Shown: positions 1-8,570 of the stretch, piece after piece
Layout: every line of letters starts with the position of its first letter
How positions within the stretch are numbered: position 1 is the first letter of the stretch
The notes under the pieces: model-generated
Databases searched by the model: none
What the model was told of the DNA's origin: nothing
The model's input: the letters and a program-made list of their open reading frames with translations, nothing else
Translations under genes and position numbers: made by a program
Source of the DNA: a virus
Direction: 5' to 3' (one strand)
Virus record (IMG/VR): IMGVR_UViG_3300045988_070061
Location: 1-58,686 of that record
DNA: 58,686 nt

Positions 1-55
1 TATCCACGATACATGGATTTGTAGCGTGGTGTTATGAAAGTATGTTGGTTTTCAA
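1..55. repeat. Terminal direct repeat, copy 1 (circular assembly overlap)
   Basis: 55 nt identical to 58632-58686. Confidence 0.95.
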
Positions 56-744
56 CAGGAATAAGCAGTTTTGTAGCGTGTTATTTAGCAAAGGATGTAG
101 ACGAGATTATATATACTCATGTACCGAATCAGCATCCAGACAGCTTAAGATTCTTGCATGATTGCGAGAGAGTACTTGGAAGAGAGATAACAATCCTACA
201 GTCAGACGAATACGAGAGTGTGGATGATGTTATTGAAAAGAGAAGATGCATCAACACCCCATATGGCGCACCGTGTACTGAATGGATGAAAAAGAGAGTG
301 AGAATGAAATGGGAGCGAGAGCACCCGGAACATCACATCTATGTGTGGGGATATGACGTAAATGAGCGGAACAGAGCAGACAGGGTTTGCAAAGCTTTGA
401 GCGATTACGATCACGAATTCCCACTTATAGAAAACAGACTGACGAAAGAAGAAGCGCACGGAATAGCATATCAGCTTGGTGTTCCAAGACCTATCATGTA
501 CGACATGGGATATCCGAACAATAACTGCATCGGCTGTGTAAAAGGCGGTATGGGATACTGGAATAAAATTCGGGTAGATTTTCCAGAAGTATTTGAGCGC
601 AGGGCGAAGCAAGAACGTGAGATAGGGCATAGCTGCATAAATGGTGTATTCCTGGATGAACTTGATCCAAACAGAGGAAATATCAATACAGAAGTCATGG
701 AAGATTGCACGATAGCGTGTCAGCTTCTGACTTGGAACAAATAA
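34..744 (+). CDS. PAPS-reductase-like / PP-loop ATPase family protein
   Basis: 236 aa. N-terminal PP-loop-like WFSTGISS (SGGxDS variant) and C-terminal CIGC, recalling phage PAPS reductase family proteins. Confidence 0.55.
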   Translation: MKVCWFSTGISSFVACYLAKDVDEIIYTHVPNQHPDSLRFLHDCERVLGREITILQSDEYESVDDVIEKRRCINTPYGAPCTEWMKKRVRMKWEREHPEHHIYVWGYDVNERNRADRVCKALSDYDHEFPLIENRLTKEEAHGIAYQLGVPRPIMYDMGYPNNNCIGCVKGGMGYWNKIRVDFPEVFERRAKQEREIGHSCINGVFLDELDPNRGNINTEVMEDCTIACQLLTWNK

Positions 745-820
745 CAGTACCTTGACAATTGAATATTGATGGTTGGAATGGTATAATTTCCGTATCAAAT
801 GTACAGGAGGAAATGCAGTT

Positions 821-1189
821 ATGGATTATATTGATAAACTTTTTAAACAGCATCCTTTTATTTATTACATACATGGTAAGTATTATGCATTTGGAGTTAA
901 TACTTGTGCAGAGTGTGATAAGCGAAGCGTTCTTCTTGAGGATAGATACAGGGAATATGAAGATGGGACAAAAAGGAATCTGGAAGAAAGTACAGCATGG
1001 GAAATTTTCCACAAACTTTCCGTTGAAGCAACATATTTCAAGGAAACAGATGAATCCCTAAGAGTGAAAGAGAAATTTGCTGAACTGAATTTTAGCGAAG
1101 AAGATAAACGTGAGTTGAGCAATCAGGTTAAAAGATATGTGGATTACTGGGGAAAATATAATTTGAGTCAATTCTATAACGAAAGATAG
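821..1189 (+). CDS. Hypothetical protein
   Basis: ORF 773-1189. AGGAGG at 804-809 favours ATG 821. One CxxC pair. Confidence 0.5.
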   Translation: MDYIDKLFKQHPFIYYIHGKYYAFGVNTCAECDKRSVLLEDRYREYEDGTKRNLEESTAWEIFHKLSVEATYFKETDESLRVKEKFAELNFSEEDKRELSNQVKRYVDYWGKYNLSQFYNER

Positions 1190-1196
1190 AAAAGCT

Positions 1197-1232
1197 TACC
1201 AACCATCAATATTCGGTGGTTGGTATTTTTTT
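1197..1232 (+). terminator. Rho-independent terminator
   Basis: 9-bp stem TACCAACCA/TGGTTGGTA followed by T7. Confidence 0.6.
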
Positions 1233-1261
1233 ACGCATTTTTAAGGAGAAAGGAACGAATT

Positions 1262-2002
1262 ATGAGTACATTTGAAGAAAGAATAGCGAAAGCAGTAACA
1301 GAGAAATTTAATGACGGAACAGTTGAAGAGCTTGTGTCTGATGCCGTGACCAAAGCACTGAAAAGCAGTATTGAAGATCAGTTCAACTGGAAAGGTGAAG
1401 CAAAGAAGATTATAGATGAGAAAGTAAAAGAAGTAATAACACCGGTAATCGAAAGAGTAAATCTGGACGAATATACAGTGAAACTCGATGCAGTTCTCAC
1501 GGAAATTATTAACAGCACAAATCTGATTGACAACAAAGAAATCTTAGGAAACTTCAAGAGTCTTATGACAGAGCCGGATAAAGATACAATCAGCTTAAAA
1601 GAAGTGTTCGAAAAATACAAGGAATATGTCAGCGAGAGCATTGATACATCCGAACTTGAAGTCTACACAGATGATGAACCGAGATATCAGAATGTGACAG
1701 CAGAAGTAACTGTTGATACAAGAAATAGAATATTTGGAGGAAGATTTTGCGATTTGGTTTTCAAATGCGAGGAGGATGAGAAACTGACAAAAGAAATCCA
1801 TTTGTATGAATCAAGACTGCATGGCATATTCCGCATTACATCATTTAGAGGTGAAATTGATCTTAATTCATTAAGATATGTAGATAAGTTTGACATTTTC
1901 ATGATGAGATTAGACAGGGCGTTCTGTGATATCACGGATGTTATGGATATGTATGATGATGATATCGAGGTTGAAGCAGAACCAGAAGTATCCTGGAGCT
2001 GA
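1262..2002 (+). CDS. Hypothetical acidic protein
   Basis: ORF 1220-2002. AAGGAGA RBS and the upstream terminator favour ATG 1262. Confidence 0.55.
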   Translation: MSTFEERIAKAVTEKFNDGTVEELVSDAVTKALKSSIEDQFNWKGEAKKIIDEKVKEVITPVIERVNLDEYTVKLDAVLTEIINSTNLIDNKEILGNFKSLMTEPDKDTISLKEVFEKYKEYVSESIDTSELEVYTDDEPRYQNVTAEVTVDTRNRIFGGRFCDLVFKCEEDEKLTKEIHLYESRLHGIFRITSFRGEIDLNSLRYVDKFDIFMMRLDRAFCDITDVMDMYDDDIEVEAEPEVSWS

Positions 2003-2018
2003 CGGAAAGAGAACGAAG

Positions 2019-2177
2019 ATGGGATGTAAATTAAAATGCATTGTAGACCCAGACATCCATAAATATTGCCTGGAATGTGAGAAGTACGAAGAATGCACTA
2101 TTCTGTGTGATGATTTAGACCAATATGAATACATGGAAGAATGCCCGGATTATGTAAAGGAGGATGAAGATGAGTAG
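2019..2177 (+). CDS. Small Cys-rich acidic protein (52 aa)
   Basis: In-frame ATG of ORF 1926-2177, just after the previous stop. Several Cys pairs. Confidence 0.35.
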   Translation: MGCKLKCIVDPDIHKYCLECEKYEECTILCDDLDQYEYMEECPDYVKEDEDE

Positions 2178-2337
2178 AATCGGAATAGGAGCAAATGTCA
2201 CACAGCCAGATGCAAAATGTATGAGCTGTAAATATTGGAAACAAGCAGAAAAAGCAAGATTTGGTTTTGGACGAGGTGGGTACTGCTCAACCGGATATTG
2301 CAAGAAAGATTTTCGGAAGAGAGGTAAGAAAAAATGA
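2170..2337 (+). CDS. Small basic Cys-rich protein (55 aa)
   Basis: ATG 2170. Its stop overlaps the next ATG as ATGA at 2334. Below the ORF-track cutoff. Confidence 0.4.
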   Translation: MSRIGIGANVTQPDAKCMSCKYWKQAEKARFGFGRGGYCSTGYCKKDFRKRGKKK

Positions 2338-2624
2338 GAATCATTAGTCAAGATGGATGCTACGATATCCCTTATGAATCAATAATACTTCAAAGACTTG
2401 GAACATCTATATTTGGTGTGACAACGGGATTGCAGGAATCAATTACAATCGCACGATATCGCAAAGAAGAGAAAGCTGAAAAGGCTATGGAAATGTGCAG
2501 AGAGAAATATCTTTCCAGAATGGAATTAGATGGTGGCTATGACATTGTGAACAAATGCTATGTACAACCTAATTACTGTGTATTGCCTAAGGTATTTCAG
2601 TTTCCAAAAGAAGAGGAGGTGTAA
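2334..2624 (+). CDS. Hypothetical protein
   Basis: 96-aa ORF in the operon, start coupled to the upstream stop. Confidence 0.55.
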   Translation: MRIISQDGCYDIPYESIILQRLGTSIFGVTTGLQESITIARYRKEEKAEKAMEMCREKYLSRMELDGGYDIVNKCYVQPNYCVLPKVFQFPKEEEV

Positions 2625-2626
2625 GC

Positions 2627-3034
2627 ATGAATAATCAACAGGCAATAGATAGATTGGTAAAACATCTCGAATATGGTTGGTCAGAACCGACAGTAGAAGC
2701 AATTGATATGGGAATACATGCACTGAAAGAAAGTCGATGGATTCCATGTAGTGAGAAGTTGCCGGAGAATAAAGAGATGAAATATAGTGAAAGATTAAAG
2801 CCGTGTCCATTCTGCGGTAAGAAAGCAGAATTTAGAACAAATACAACTGGAACGAACGGTGAAAATTTCAAGTATCGGTTTAACATTAGATGCAGAAATT
2901 GTGGAATGAATTCATCACATATCTATGATGTGGAGATAACTTTCAGAAATGGCGATTTCGTAATAATCGAAGATGGAAGAGATAAGGCCGTTGAGGAATG
3001 GAACAGTAGGGTAGAAGATGGGAAGACTGATTGA
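2627..3034 (+). CDS. Lar-family restriction-alleviation-like zinc-ribbon protein
   Basis: CPFCG...CRNCG ribbon followed by AVEEWNSR, the pattern I associate with the Lar family. Confidence 0.5.
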   Translation: MNNQQAIDRLVKHLEYGWSEPTVEAIDMGIHALKESRWIPCSEKLPENKEMKYSERLKPCPFCGKKAEFRTNTTGTNGENFKYRFNIRCRNCGMNSSHIYDVEITFRNGDFVIIEDGRDKAVEEWNSRVEDGKTD

Positions 3035-3166
3035 TGCGGACAAGCTTATAAGAAGAATGAGAAAGAGCTTGGTTATTGGGAAAATAAAGTTGTAGTCATT
3101 GGCAATATTTACGACAGTCCAAAACTGTTAGAAGATAAGGAGAATAAACATGGCGAAGATATTTAA
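3018..3166 (+). pseudogene. Degenerate, frame-broken remnant with a YopX-like C-terminus
   Basis: Frame A reads MGRLIDADKL... and stops at 3095. Frame B has no start and reads ...WENKVVVIGNIYDSPKLLEDKE, the conserved IGNIY-x-NPELLE-type end of YopX-family phage proteins. Confidence 0.3.
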
Positions 3167-3608
3167 AGTAAGTGGATACATAGTGGATGTTGATGGGGAT
3201 TTTGATGTGAGTGAAGTCGTTGCAGAAATTAGCTCCGGCTTGGATGGAATGATAAATCAGCATATCCATGTAGAAGAATCAGATATTGGAGAATGGGACG
3301 ATGAAAGTCCATTGAATTATGACAACTGTGACCTTGCAGATTGTGAGAAATACTTCAAGAGAAAAGTTCCAGTAGAAACCGATAGAAAAGTAGAAATTGG
3401 GAAGACTTACAGGCATTTCAAGGGACATACTGTTAAGGTAATTGCAATTAGTCAGGACACAGAAGCACCTGGACAGTTTTATGTAGTGTATGAATGTGAG
3501 GACGGAGCTATCTGGAACCGACCTTACGGAATGTTCGTGAGCGAGGTTGACCATGTGAAATATCCAGATGTGAAACAGAAGCATAGATTTGAGTTAGTGG
3601 AGGGTTAA
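3150..3608 (+). CDS. DUF1653-like domain protein
   Basis: C-terminal YRHFKGHTVKV...TEAPGQFYVVYE...WNRPYGMF matches the DUF1653 signature as I recall it. Confidence 0.55.
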   Translation: MAKIFKVSGYIVDVDGDFDVSEVVAEISSGLDGMINQHIHVEESDIGEWDDESPLNYDNCDLADCEKYFKRKVPVETDRKVEIGKTYRHFKGHTVKVIAISQDTEAPGQFYVVYECEDGAIWNRPYGMFVSEVDHVKYPDVKQKHRFELVEG

Positions 3609-3610
3609 CG

Positions 3611-3907
3611 ATGAAGAAATACATATACACTGCAATTGCAGTGGTTTGTGGGGCTTTGAATGCGAATATGATGTGCTTACCATCTCACAATATGGTAATT
3701 GATGTTATCGGCGTATTTGCTTTGTTTGGGGCAGTTATATTCGTGGCATTATTCACTTGTGCAACAGAGGAAGAAGCTTATGAGAAAGCCATATATGAAT
3801 ATATTGATAAGACCACCATGGAAATTTTACGCCTTAGAGTGAAGAATAAATCCCTGGAACAATGCTTAAAAGAAAGAAAAGAGGATGAGAACGATGAATG
3901 CAAATAA
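3611..3907 (+). CDS. Small membrane protein (2 TM)
   Basis: 98 aa with two hydrophobic helices followed by a charged tail. Confidence 0.5.
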   Translation: MKKYIYTAIAVVCGALNANMMCLPSHNMVIDVIGVFALFGAVIFVALFTCATEEEAYEKAIYEYIDKTTMEILRLRVKNKSLEQCLKERKEDENDECK

Positions 3908-4301
3908 ATACCAGAAATTAGCAATGAGAACCAATGACGGAAAAGCAAGCGACAGACTGATCGGGAAGATACAGGAATATGACATGAAGTTTTCCAGTGA
4001 ACAGAGCAATAAGGAGAGTGTTGATATCGGCGGAATCTTCAATGCGTGCCTGGGAATGTCCGGCGAAGTTGGTGAATTTAATGATATGATTAAGAAGTGG
4101 GTATTCCATGAGAAAGAACTGGACATGGAACACGCAAAGAAAGAAGCCGGTGATATCCTTTGGTACGTAGTAATGCTGTGTGAATCGTTTGGTTGGAATA
4201 TGGAAGAGATCATGCAGATGAATGTAGACAAGCTGAAAGCAAGATATCCAGAGGGATTCGACGTGGAAAGAGCCAATAATAGAGCGGAAGGAGATGTGTA
4301 A
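3894..4301 (+). CDS. MazG-like nucleotide pyrophosphohydrolase
   Basis: GEVGEFND...EAGDILWYV... four-helix MazG motifs. AGGA lies 9 nt before ATG 3894. Confidence 0.7.
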   Translation: MNANKYQKLAMRTNDGKASDRLIGKIQEYDMKFSSEQSNKESVDIGGIFNACLGMSGEVGEFNDMIKKWVFHEKELDMEHAKKEAGDILWYVVMLCESFGWNMEEIMQMNVDKLKARYPEGFDVERANNRAEGDV

Positions 4302-4602
4302 AGTGAGCAATATCAGACCAGAACATTACAAAAACTGTAGCCTTGAATGCTGGGACGCCATGAAGTTAGTTCTTGGAACAGATGGGTTCATTTCATTCTG
4401 TCTTGGAAATGCATTTAAGTATCTTTGGAGACATGAGTATAAAAACGGAGAAGAAGATATCCTAAAAGCCGGTATATATCTTGGACGTGCCCGGAAATAT
4501 ATCAACGATGACAGTTATCTCGATACAAAAGGACCAGTGAAACAGCTTACTGAATTGTATCAAGAGAAATTGAAAGAATACGAAATTTCTACAGAATCTT
4601 AA
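4294..4602 (+). CDS. DUF3310-like protein
   Basis: HY...ECWD...LGNAFKYLWRHEYKNGEEDILKA pattern typical of DUF3310. Confidence 0.55.
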   Translation: MCKVSNIRPEHYKNCSLECWDAMKLVLGTDGFISFCLGNAFKYLWRHEYKNGEEDILKAGIYLGRARKYINDDSYLDTKGPVKQLTELYQEKLKEYEISTES

Positions 4603-4689
4603 GAGTTCGCGTTTTTAGAGGAAATTTTCAGCTCCGAAAAATTCGCCAAAAAAAGATCACACCCCAAAAATAAAATAGGGTAAAAATCT

Positions 4690-4726
4690 GGACGCCGGAA
4701 TTTCATTCAATTCTGACGTCCTTTTT
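4690..4726 (+). terminator. Putative terminator ending the early rightward operon
   Basis: GGACG...CGTCC stem with an inner GAA/TTC helix, then T5. Confidence 0.4.
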
Positions 4727-4946
4727 CTGATAATTGATATATGATTGTGCCTTGCTGCTATATGCCTGTAAACGTCTGTGATGCGATTTGAGACGTTATA
4801 ATCTATTAACTTGGCAACTTATAGACTAACGATTAAAATGCTTTAAAACAACTATAATTGACTCCATGATAACACGCTTGTGTGTGCCTGTAAATAGGTT
4901 GCGTGGATATTCCCGGCATGGTATCATATTCACGGAGGTAAAGCAC

Positions 4947-5378
4947 ATGAAAAAGAAACCATTATGCAAGCAGTTTGCAAAAGATGTCTGTGACATACTA
5001 CATATAGATGCGCCCAAAATTGAATTCGTATCATCTGACCAGATGCGCACCGATACGCAAATAGCAGCATTGATTCCGGGTGCAATTCTGATCAGAAACG
5101 ATGTTGATATTTCGCCGGATCTTTTTCTTGCCCTGGCGCACGAACTCCGGCACGCTTACCAGATCGCAAACGGTGCAAACCTGGAAGAGTACCAGACAAG
5201 CGACAAAATGACCGTAGAAGAATACAACTTGCAACCATTGGAAGTAGACGCAAATGCTTTTGCTTTGCTTGCCATGTCGTCAATGTTCGGGATTATGCCA
5301 CAATTTCAAAATCTGTCGGATTCGGTACGGGAATCCATAAAAAGCCGTGCGGATCAGATAAAAGCAGAACTTGAATAA
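4947..5378 (+). CDS. Putative zinc metallopeptidase (HExxH)
   Basis: GGAGGT RBS before ATG 4947. LALAHELRHAYQ motif. Confidence 0.5.
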   Translation: MKKKPLCKQFAKDVCDILHIDAPKIEFVSSDQMRTDTQIAALIPGAILIRNDVDISPDLFLALAHELRHAYQIANGANLEEYQTSDKMTVEEYNLQPLEVDANAFALLAMSSMFGIMPQFQNLSDSVRESIKSRADQIKAELE

Positions 5379-5386
5379 ACACTAAT

Positions 5387-5419
5387 AGCCCACGACCTTT
5401 AGCGGTGTGGGCTTGTTTG
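5387..5419. terminator. Bidirectional hairpin between convergent genes
   Basis: AGCCCAC/GTGGGCT stem between the 4947-5378 (+) and 5423-5743 (-) genes. Confidence 0.5.
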
Positions 5420-5422
5420 ATA

Positions 5423-5743
5423 TCAACATACTATTTCATTTACAATTCTGTTGATCCGGCTTTCCATTTCGTCAAATGTGCAAATTTCATTTTCTGAAAA
5501 CGGCGGGCAAATGGCGAAATCATCAAATTCTTTTCTTTCAGCGTCCCATTCTCCGCCAGTTCCGAAATATAAATCCCCGTCGGAAGCTATTAACAGGTTA
5601 TCAATTTTCATTTGCGATTCAACCAGTTTTTTCACGTAGACGGTTAATTTTTCGTCATTCGGAAGTGTATAGTTGCCCTTTCTGCGGTCAATTTTCCAGA
5701 TGCTCCGCAATTTAATTATTTTTTTGAAGTCGTCCCTTTTCAT
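5423..5743 (-). CDS. Hypothetical protein
   Basis: 106-aa ORF, last gene of the minus-strand operon. Confidence 0.5.
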   Translation of the reverse strand: MKRDDFKKIIKLRSIWKIDRRKGNYTLPNDEKLTVYVKKLVESQMKIDNLLIASDGDLYFGTGGEWDAERKEFDDFAICPPFSENEICTFDEMESRINRIVNEIVC

Positions 5744-5769
5744 ATGGCTTTTCCCTTTCTCTTTTTATA

Positions 5770-5964
5770 TTATTTTAACTGTTTTCTTAACTTTTCGACT
5801 GCTTGTGCCGTCTCTTTCCAGAAAGAAATATTCTTTTCGGCAGTCGGCGTCTTGCCTTTCATGCTTTCCCATAATTCCAATTCTTCGGAAATCCGGCCAG
5901 AAGTCAGTTCTAAATATGTGTCTATCTGTCCGTCTTCATAATCTGTTAATATTACATGCTTCAT
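5770..5964 (-). CDS. Hypothetical protein (64 aa)
   Basis: GAGAGGTGA RBS favours the internal ATG (MKHVILTDY...). Confidence 0.45.
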   Translation of the reverse strand: MKHVILTDYEDGQIDTYLELTSGRISEELELWESMKGKTPTAEKNISFWKETAQAVEKLRKQLK

Positions 5965-5975
5965 GATATCACCTC

Positions 5976-6206
5976 TCAATCTACGTAGTCGTACAGGTCA
6001 AATGATTTATCTATTTCCGGCAGACCATCATCAAAATCATACTGACAGCCGATCACGTCTACTGTATAACCGGAATTAGTTAATAGTTCGTATGGTTCGC
6101 CGTTATCGTATTCTTTTAGCTGCTTTTCAATAACCTTGTCCGGTGCATCGGTGCGGATGATTTCATATTCTTCGGTCATGCCGAAATATATCTTGATTGT
6201 GCGCAT
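5976..6206 (-). CDS. Small highly acidic protein
   Basis: 76 aa, D/E-rich C-terminus (DFDDGLPEIDKSFDLYDYVD). Confidence 0.5.
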   Translation of the reverse strand: MRTIKIYFGMTEEYEIIRTDAPDKVIEKQLKEYDNGEPYELLTNSGYTVDVIGCQYDFDDGLPEIDKSFDLYDYVD

Positions 6207-6218
6207 GGTGCTACCTCT

Positions 6219-6422
6219 CTAATTTAATGATTTTTCTATCTTTTCCGCTAAATGCGGGAACGCTTCTGTGATTTCTTGAATACTATCGGCGTAATAATCG
6301 CCGACTATTTCCCCGAAAATATAAATATTTCCAGTGTAAAAGCATCCAAGATCATTAAAATAAATATCTAATCTTGTAGACTGTTCCTTCTTGTCTTCAT
6401 ACCACATATCAATATTAATCAT
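6219..6422 (-). CDS. Small acidic protein
   Basis: 67-aa ORF with an AAAGGGG RBS. Confidence 0.5.
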   Translation of the reverse strand: MINIDMWYEDKKEQSTRLDIYFNDLGCFYTGNIYIFGEIVGDYYADSIQEITEAFPHLAEKIEKSLN

Positions 6423-6446
6423 ATTAAAAACCCCTTTCTTTAATTT

Positions 6447-6492
6447 TTATAAAACCGCTCCGGGGCAATGCTCCCCGGTACGCTGTCAGCGG
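6447..6492 (-). terminator. Compound hairpin terminator inside the minus-strand island
   Basis: CCGGGG/CCCCGG inner stem and CCGCT/AGCGG outer stem, followed by TTTT on the minus strand. Confidence 0.55.
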
Positions 6493-6494
6493 TG

Positions 6495-7034
6495 TTAGTA
6501 TTCCCAAGAACGTTTTGCTATGTCTTTTTCAAAAATAGTGTTCTTCTTTTCCTTTCGGAGCTGTTCAAAATCTTCTATAGCTTTCCGGCGATCCTTCCCG
6601 GCGTATTTGATCGACTTTGTTAATTCTTCGTGCCCGTCTGTCAGATTTACAGAATAGAAAAGAATGAAATAATAAACTTTGTCTTGATATCTCTTTTCCC
6701 TGTATAGCTTTATTTTCTGCTTTGTTGGTGCTGTCTTGATAAAGTTATATCTTTCTGTTAGTGCGTTCTCGTATGCTTTCAGCTGCAATATAACCCTTTC
6801 AAGTTGCCCAATGTCTTTTTGTGCCTTGTCGAAATAGTGCAATATATCTTTTTCGGTGTGCAACTTCTCCGGGTGCTGCTCGTAAATTCTTATCGTTTTC
6901 TCGCTCATTTCCTTGGTATAACTTCCGTAGCGTGTAAACAATTCTTTTAAAAGATTTTCTGATTTTTCAAGATCGCAAGTGTCCATATTAGGACACCCGC
7001 AACACGGTATTTTTTTAATACAGATATTGTTCAT
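6495..7034 (-). CDS. Hypothetical protein with a Cys-rich N-terminus
   Basis: 179 aa, CIKKIPCCGCPNMDTC, then coiled-coil-like sequence. Confidence 0.55.
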   Translation of the reverse strand: MNNICIKKIPCCGCPNMDTCDLEKSENLLKELFTRYGSYTKEMSEKTIRIYEQHPEKLHTEKDILHYFDKAQKDIGQLERVILQLKAYENALTERYNFIKTAPTKQKIKLYREKRYQDKVYYFILFYSVNLTDGHEELTKSIKYAGKDRRKAIEDFEQLRKEKKNTIFEKDIAKRSWEY

Positions 7035-8050
7035 GCTGTTTTTTCTCCTTTCAGTATTTCGGTTGGGTCAACTCGGAAAATAAATGCGTGTCTAAACTTG
7101 CTATAATATCCGCCGCGGTCTTTCATTGCTTTATTTTCTGCAAGATATTGATCTCTTGTGAGTGTCTCATTAATTCTTACAAGCCATAATTTGGAACCGT
7201 CTCTTGTGTCTTCTCCATGTGTGATCTTGTAGCTGATGCCGTTCGTCTTTGCTTCGATCTGCTCCGGCTGCGGCTGTTCTTCTTTTTTACCGGATGTCCT
7301 AACGCTGGCTTTCTTATTCTTGATTCTTGCCGTTTTCGGTACAATCTTAACGCTTGCGCCGTTATCCCGGCAGCATCCGAAGTAATAGAAATCAACGTGA
7401 AAATAATCGATCATCCCGTCGCAATCTTCGTAATTGTAAGAGTGCACAAATGCGTCAACGTCTTCAATAACTGCGCTTGTAACATCATTCAAAATAAATC
7501 TATAGGAATTAGTTGACTCTTCAATAATTTTCTTTTTCTCGTCTGCTGATGCATTCAGGAAATCGCACTTTTTTTCACCGTCCCAATAGTACAGACGATT
7601 TGCAATTTCTGAAAAATCATCATCTGAAAGCTCGTTAAATGGTTTGTAAATCTCTATCGGGCTTTCTTTTAATTCAACATGCAATTCCTGGCACATTGAA
7701 GCATAAGAAGTGCGAACACTAAATTTGTAAGTTGGGTATTTCTCCTTTACGTATGCGCGGACGATCTGAGCGACTTCTTTTAGTGATCTGTTCCAATCAT
7801 GATTACTTCCTTCCCATCCGAACATTGTATAGAACTGGCTCCGTGTGCTGTCTGCGGTTTCCTTGATCTCTTCGCCTGTCTCAACTTCCTTTTTATTCTT
7901 CCAGACTGCGAAGAGTGCGTCATATTGCACGTTAATTTCTTTCATGACCTCAAGATCTCCGCCGTTATCCGGGTGATTCTCTTTTAATAATTTTTTATAC
8001 TGATTTTTAAGATCGTCATAAGATTTTACAGATTTGAAATATTTTGCCAT
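7031..8050 (-). CDS. J-domain (DnaJ-like) protein with an unknown C-terminal region
   Basis: N-terminus YDDLKNQYKKLLKENHPDNGGDLEVMKEINVQYDAL carries the HPD tripeptide in J-domain helix II-III context. Its stop overlaps the next ATG (ATGA). Confidence 0.7.
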   Translation of the reverse strand: MAKYFKSVKSYDDLKNQYKKLLKENHPDNGGDLEVMKEINVQYDALFAVWKNKKEVETGEEIKETADSTRSQFYTMFGWEGSNHDWNRSLKEVAQIVRAYVKEKYPTYKFSVRTSYASMCQELHVELKESPIEIYKPFNELSDDDFSEIANRLYYWDGEKKCDFLNASADEKKKIIEESTNSYRFILNDVTSAVIEDVDAFVHSYNYEDCDGMIDYFHVDFYYFGCCRDNGASVKIVPKTARIKNKKASVRTSGKKEEQPQPEQIEAKTNGISYKITHGEDTRDGSKLWLVRINETLTRDQYLAENKAMKDRGGYYSKFRHAFIFRVDPTEILKGEKTA

Positions 8051-8146
8051 TTTCTTTTACCTTTGTTCCTGTTATAATGGAACTGCCTTTCTTAATATTA
8101 TTTTTTGATTGGTGCCGTTGGTTGCTTTGGTAGAGTGTCAACGGCT

Positions 8147-8284
8147 TTATTTGTATGTTTCTGTTTCTCCGTCCCATGTAATAGAACATGGACGGTCTGG
8201 TTTCGCTGAGTGAATCATATATGATCTTGTCGCCCAACTTGTCAACTCTGCTGTAATTAATACAGCGATAATAATTTTCTTCAT
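8147..8284 (-). CDS. Small hydrophobic-N-terminus protein (45 aa)
   Basis: AGGAGGT RBS 8 nt before the ATG (complement of 8282-8284). Below the ORF-track cutoff. Confidence 0.4.
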   Translation of the reverse strand: MKKIIIAVLITAELTSWATRSYMIHSAKPDRPCSITWDGETETYK

Positions 8285-8412
8285 ATTGTTTTACCTCCTG
8301 ATCTACGAACTAGAATTTTTCAATTAATCGGATCGCTTGCCGTATGTCCTCATTGGATTGAGTGGTTCCGGTTGTCCGGTTGTTTGTTTCTTTTGTTCGT
8401 TGCTATGGTTAT

Positions 8413-8441
8413 ATAATACATGAAAAATGATGTAATTGCAA
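8413..8441 (-). promoter_or_regulatory. Leftward promoter of the minus-strand island
   Basis: On the minus strand, TTGCAA-17 nt-TATTAT. The spacer is occupied by a TACAT...ATGTA operator copy. Confidence 0.45.
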
Positions 8442-8468
8442 TTGACATAATGCATGAAATATCATGTA
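8417..8468. promoter_or_regulatory. Operator copies TACATGAAAAATGATGTA and GCATGAAATATCATGTA
   Basis: Inverted-repeat motif TACATGAAA-N4-5-ATGTA. The same motif recurs at 8810-8861. Confidence 0.55.
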
Positions 8469-8513
8469 GTAAATAATACAGTAATTGTGCGTTTTACACT
8501 AAAAAACATGTAA

Positions 8514-8542
8514 TTGACTTTACAATAAAAATCATGTATAAT
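8514..8542 (+). promoter_or_regulatory. Rightward sigma-70-type promoter
   Basis: TTGACT-17 nt-TATAAT, 28 nt upstream of the HTH gene. Confidence 0.6.
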
Positions 8543-8570
8543 TTAATCAAAATAATGGAGGTGTAGAAAA

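Noticed and set aside
202-798. 198-aa minus-strand ORF. Similar antisense ORFs occur at 3866-4310, 27362-27790, 28226-28732 and 34620-34988.
   Set aside because: All lie opposite longer ORFs that have recognisable motifs and good RBS. They are treated as shadows.
8016-8237. 73-aa minus-strand ORF upstream of the J-domain gene
   Set aside because: It has no RBS and overlaps the J-domain gene start. The overlapping 45-codon frame (8147-8284) has a perfect AGGAGGT RBS and is preferred.
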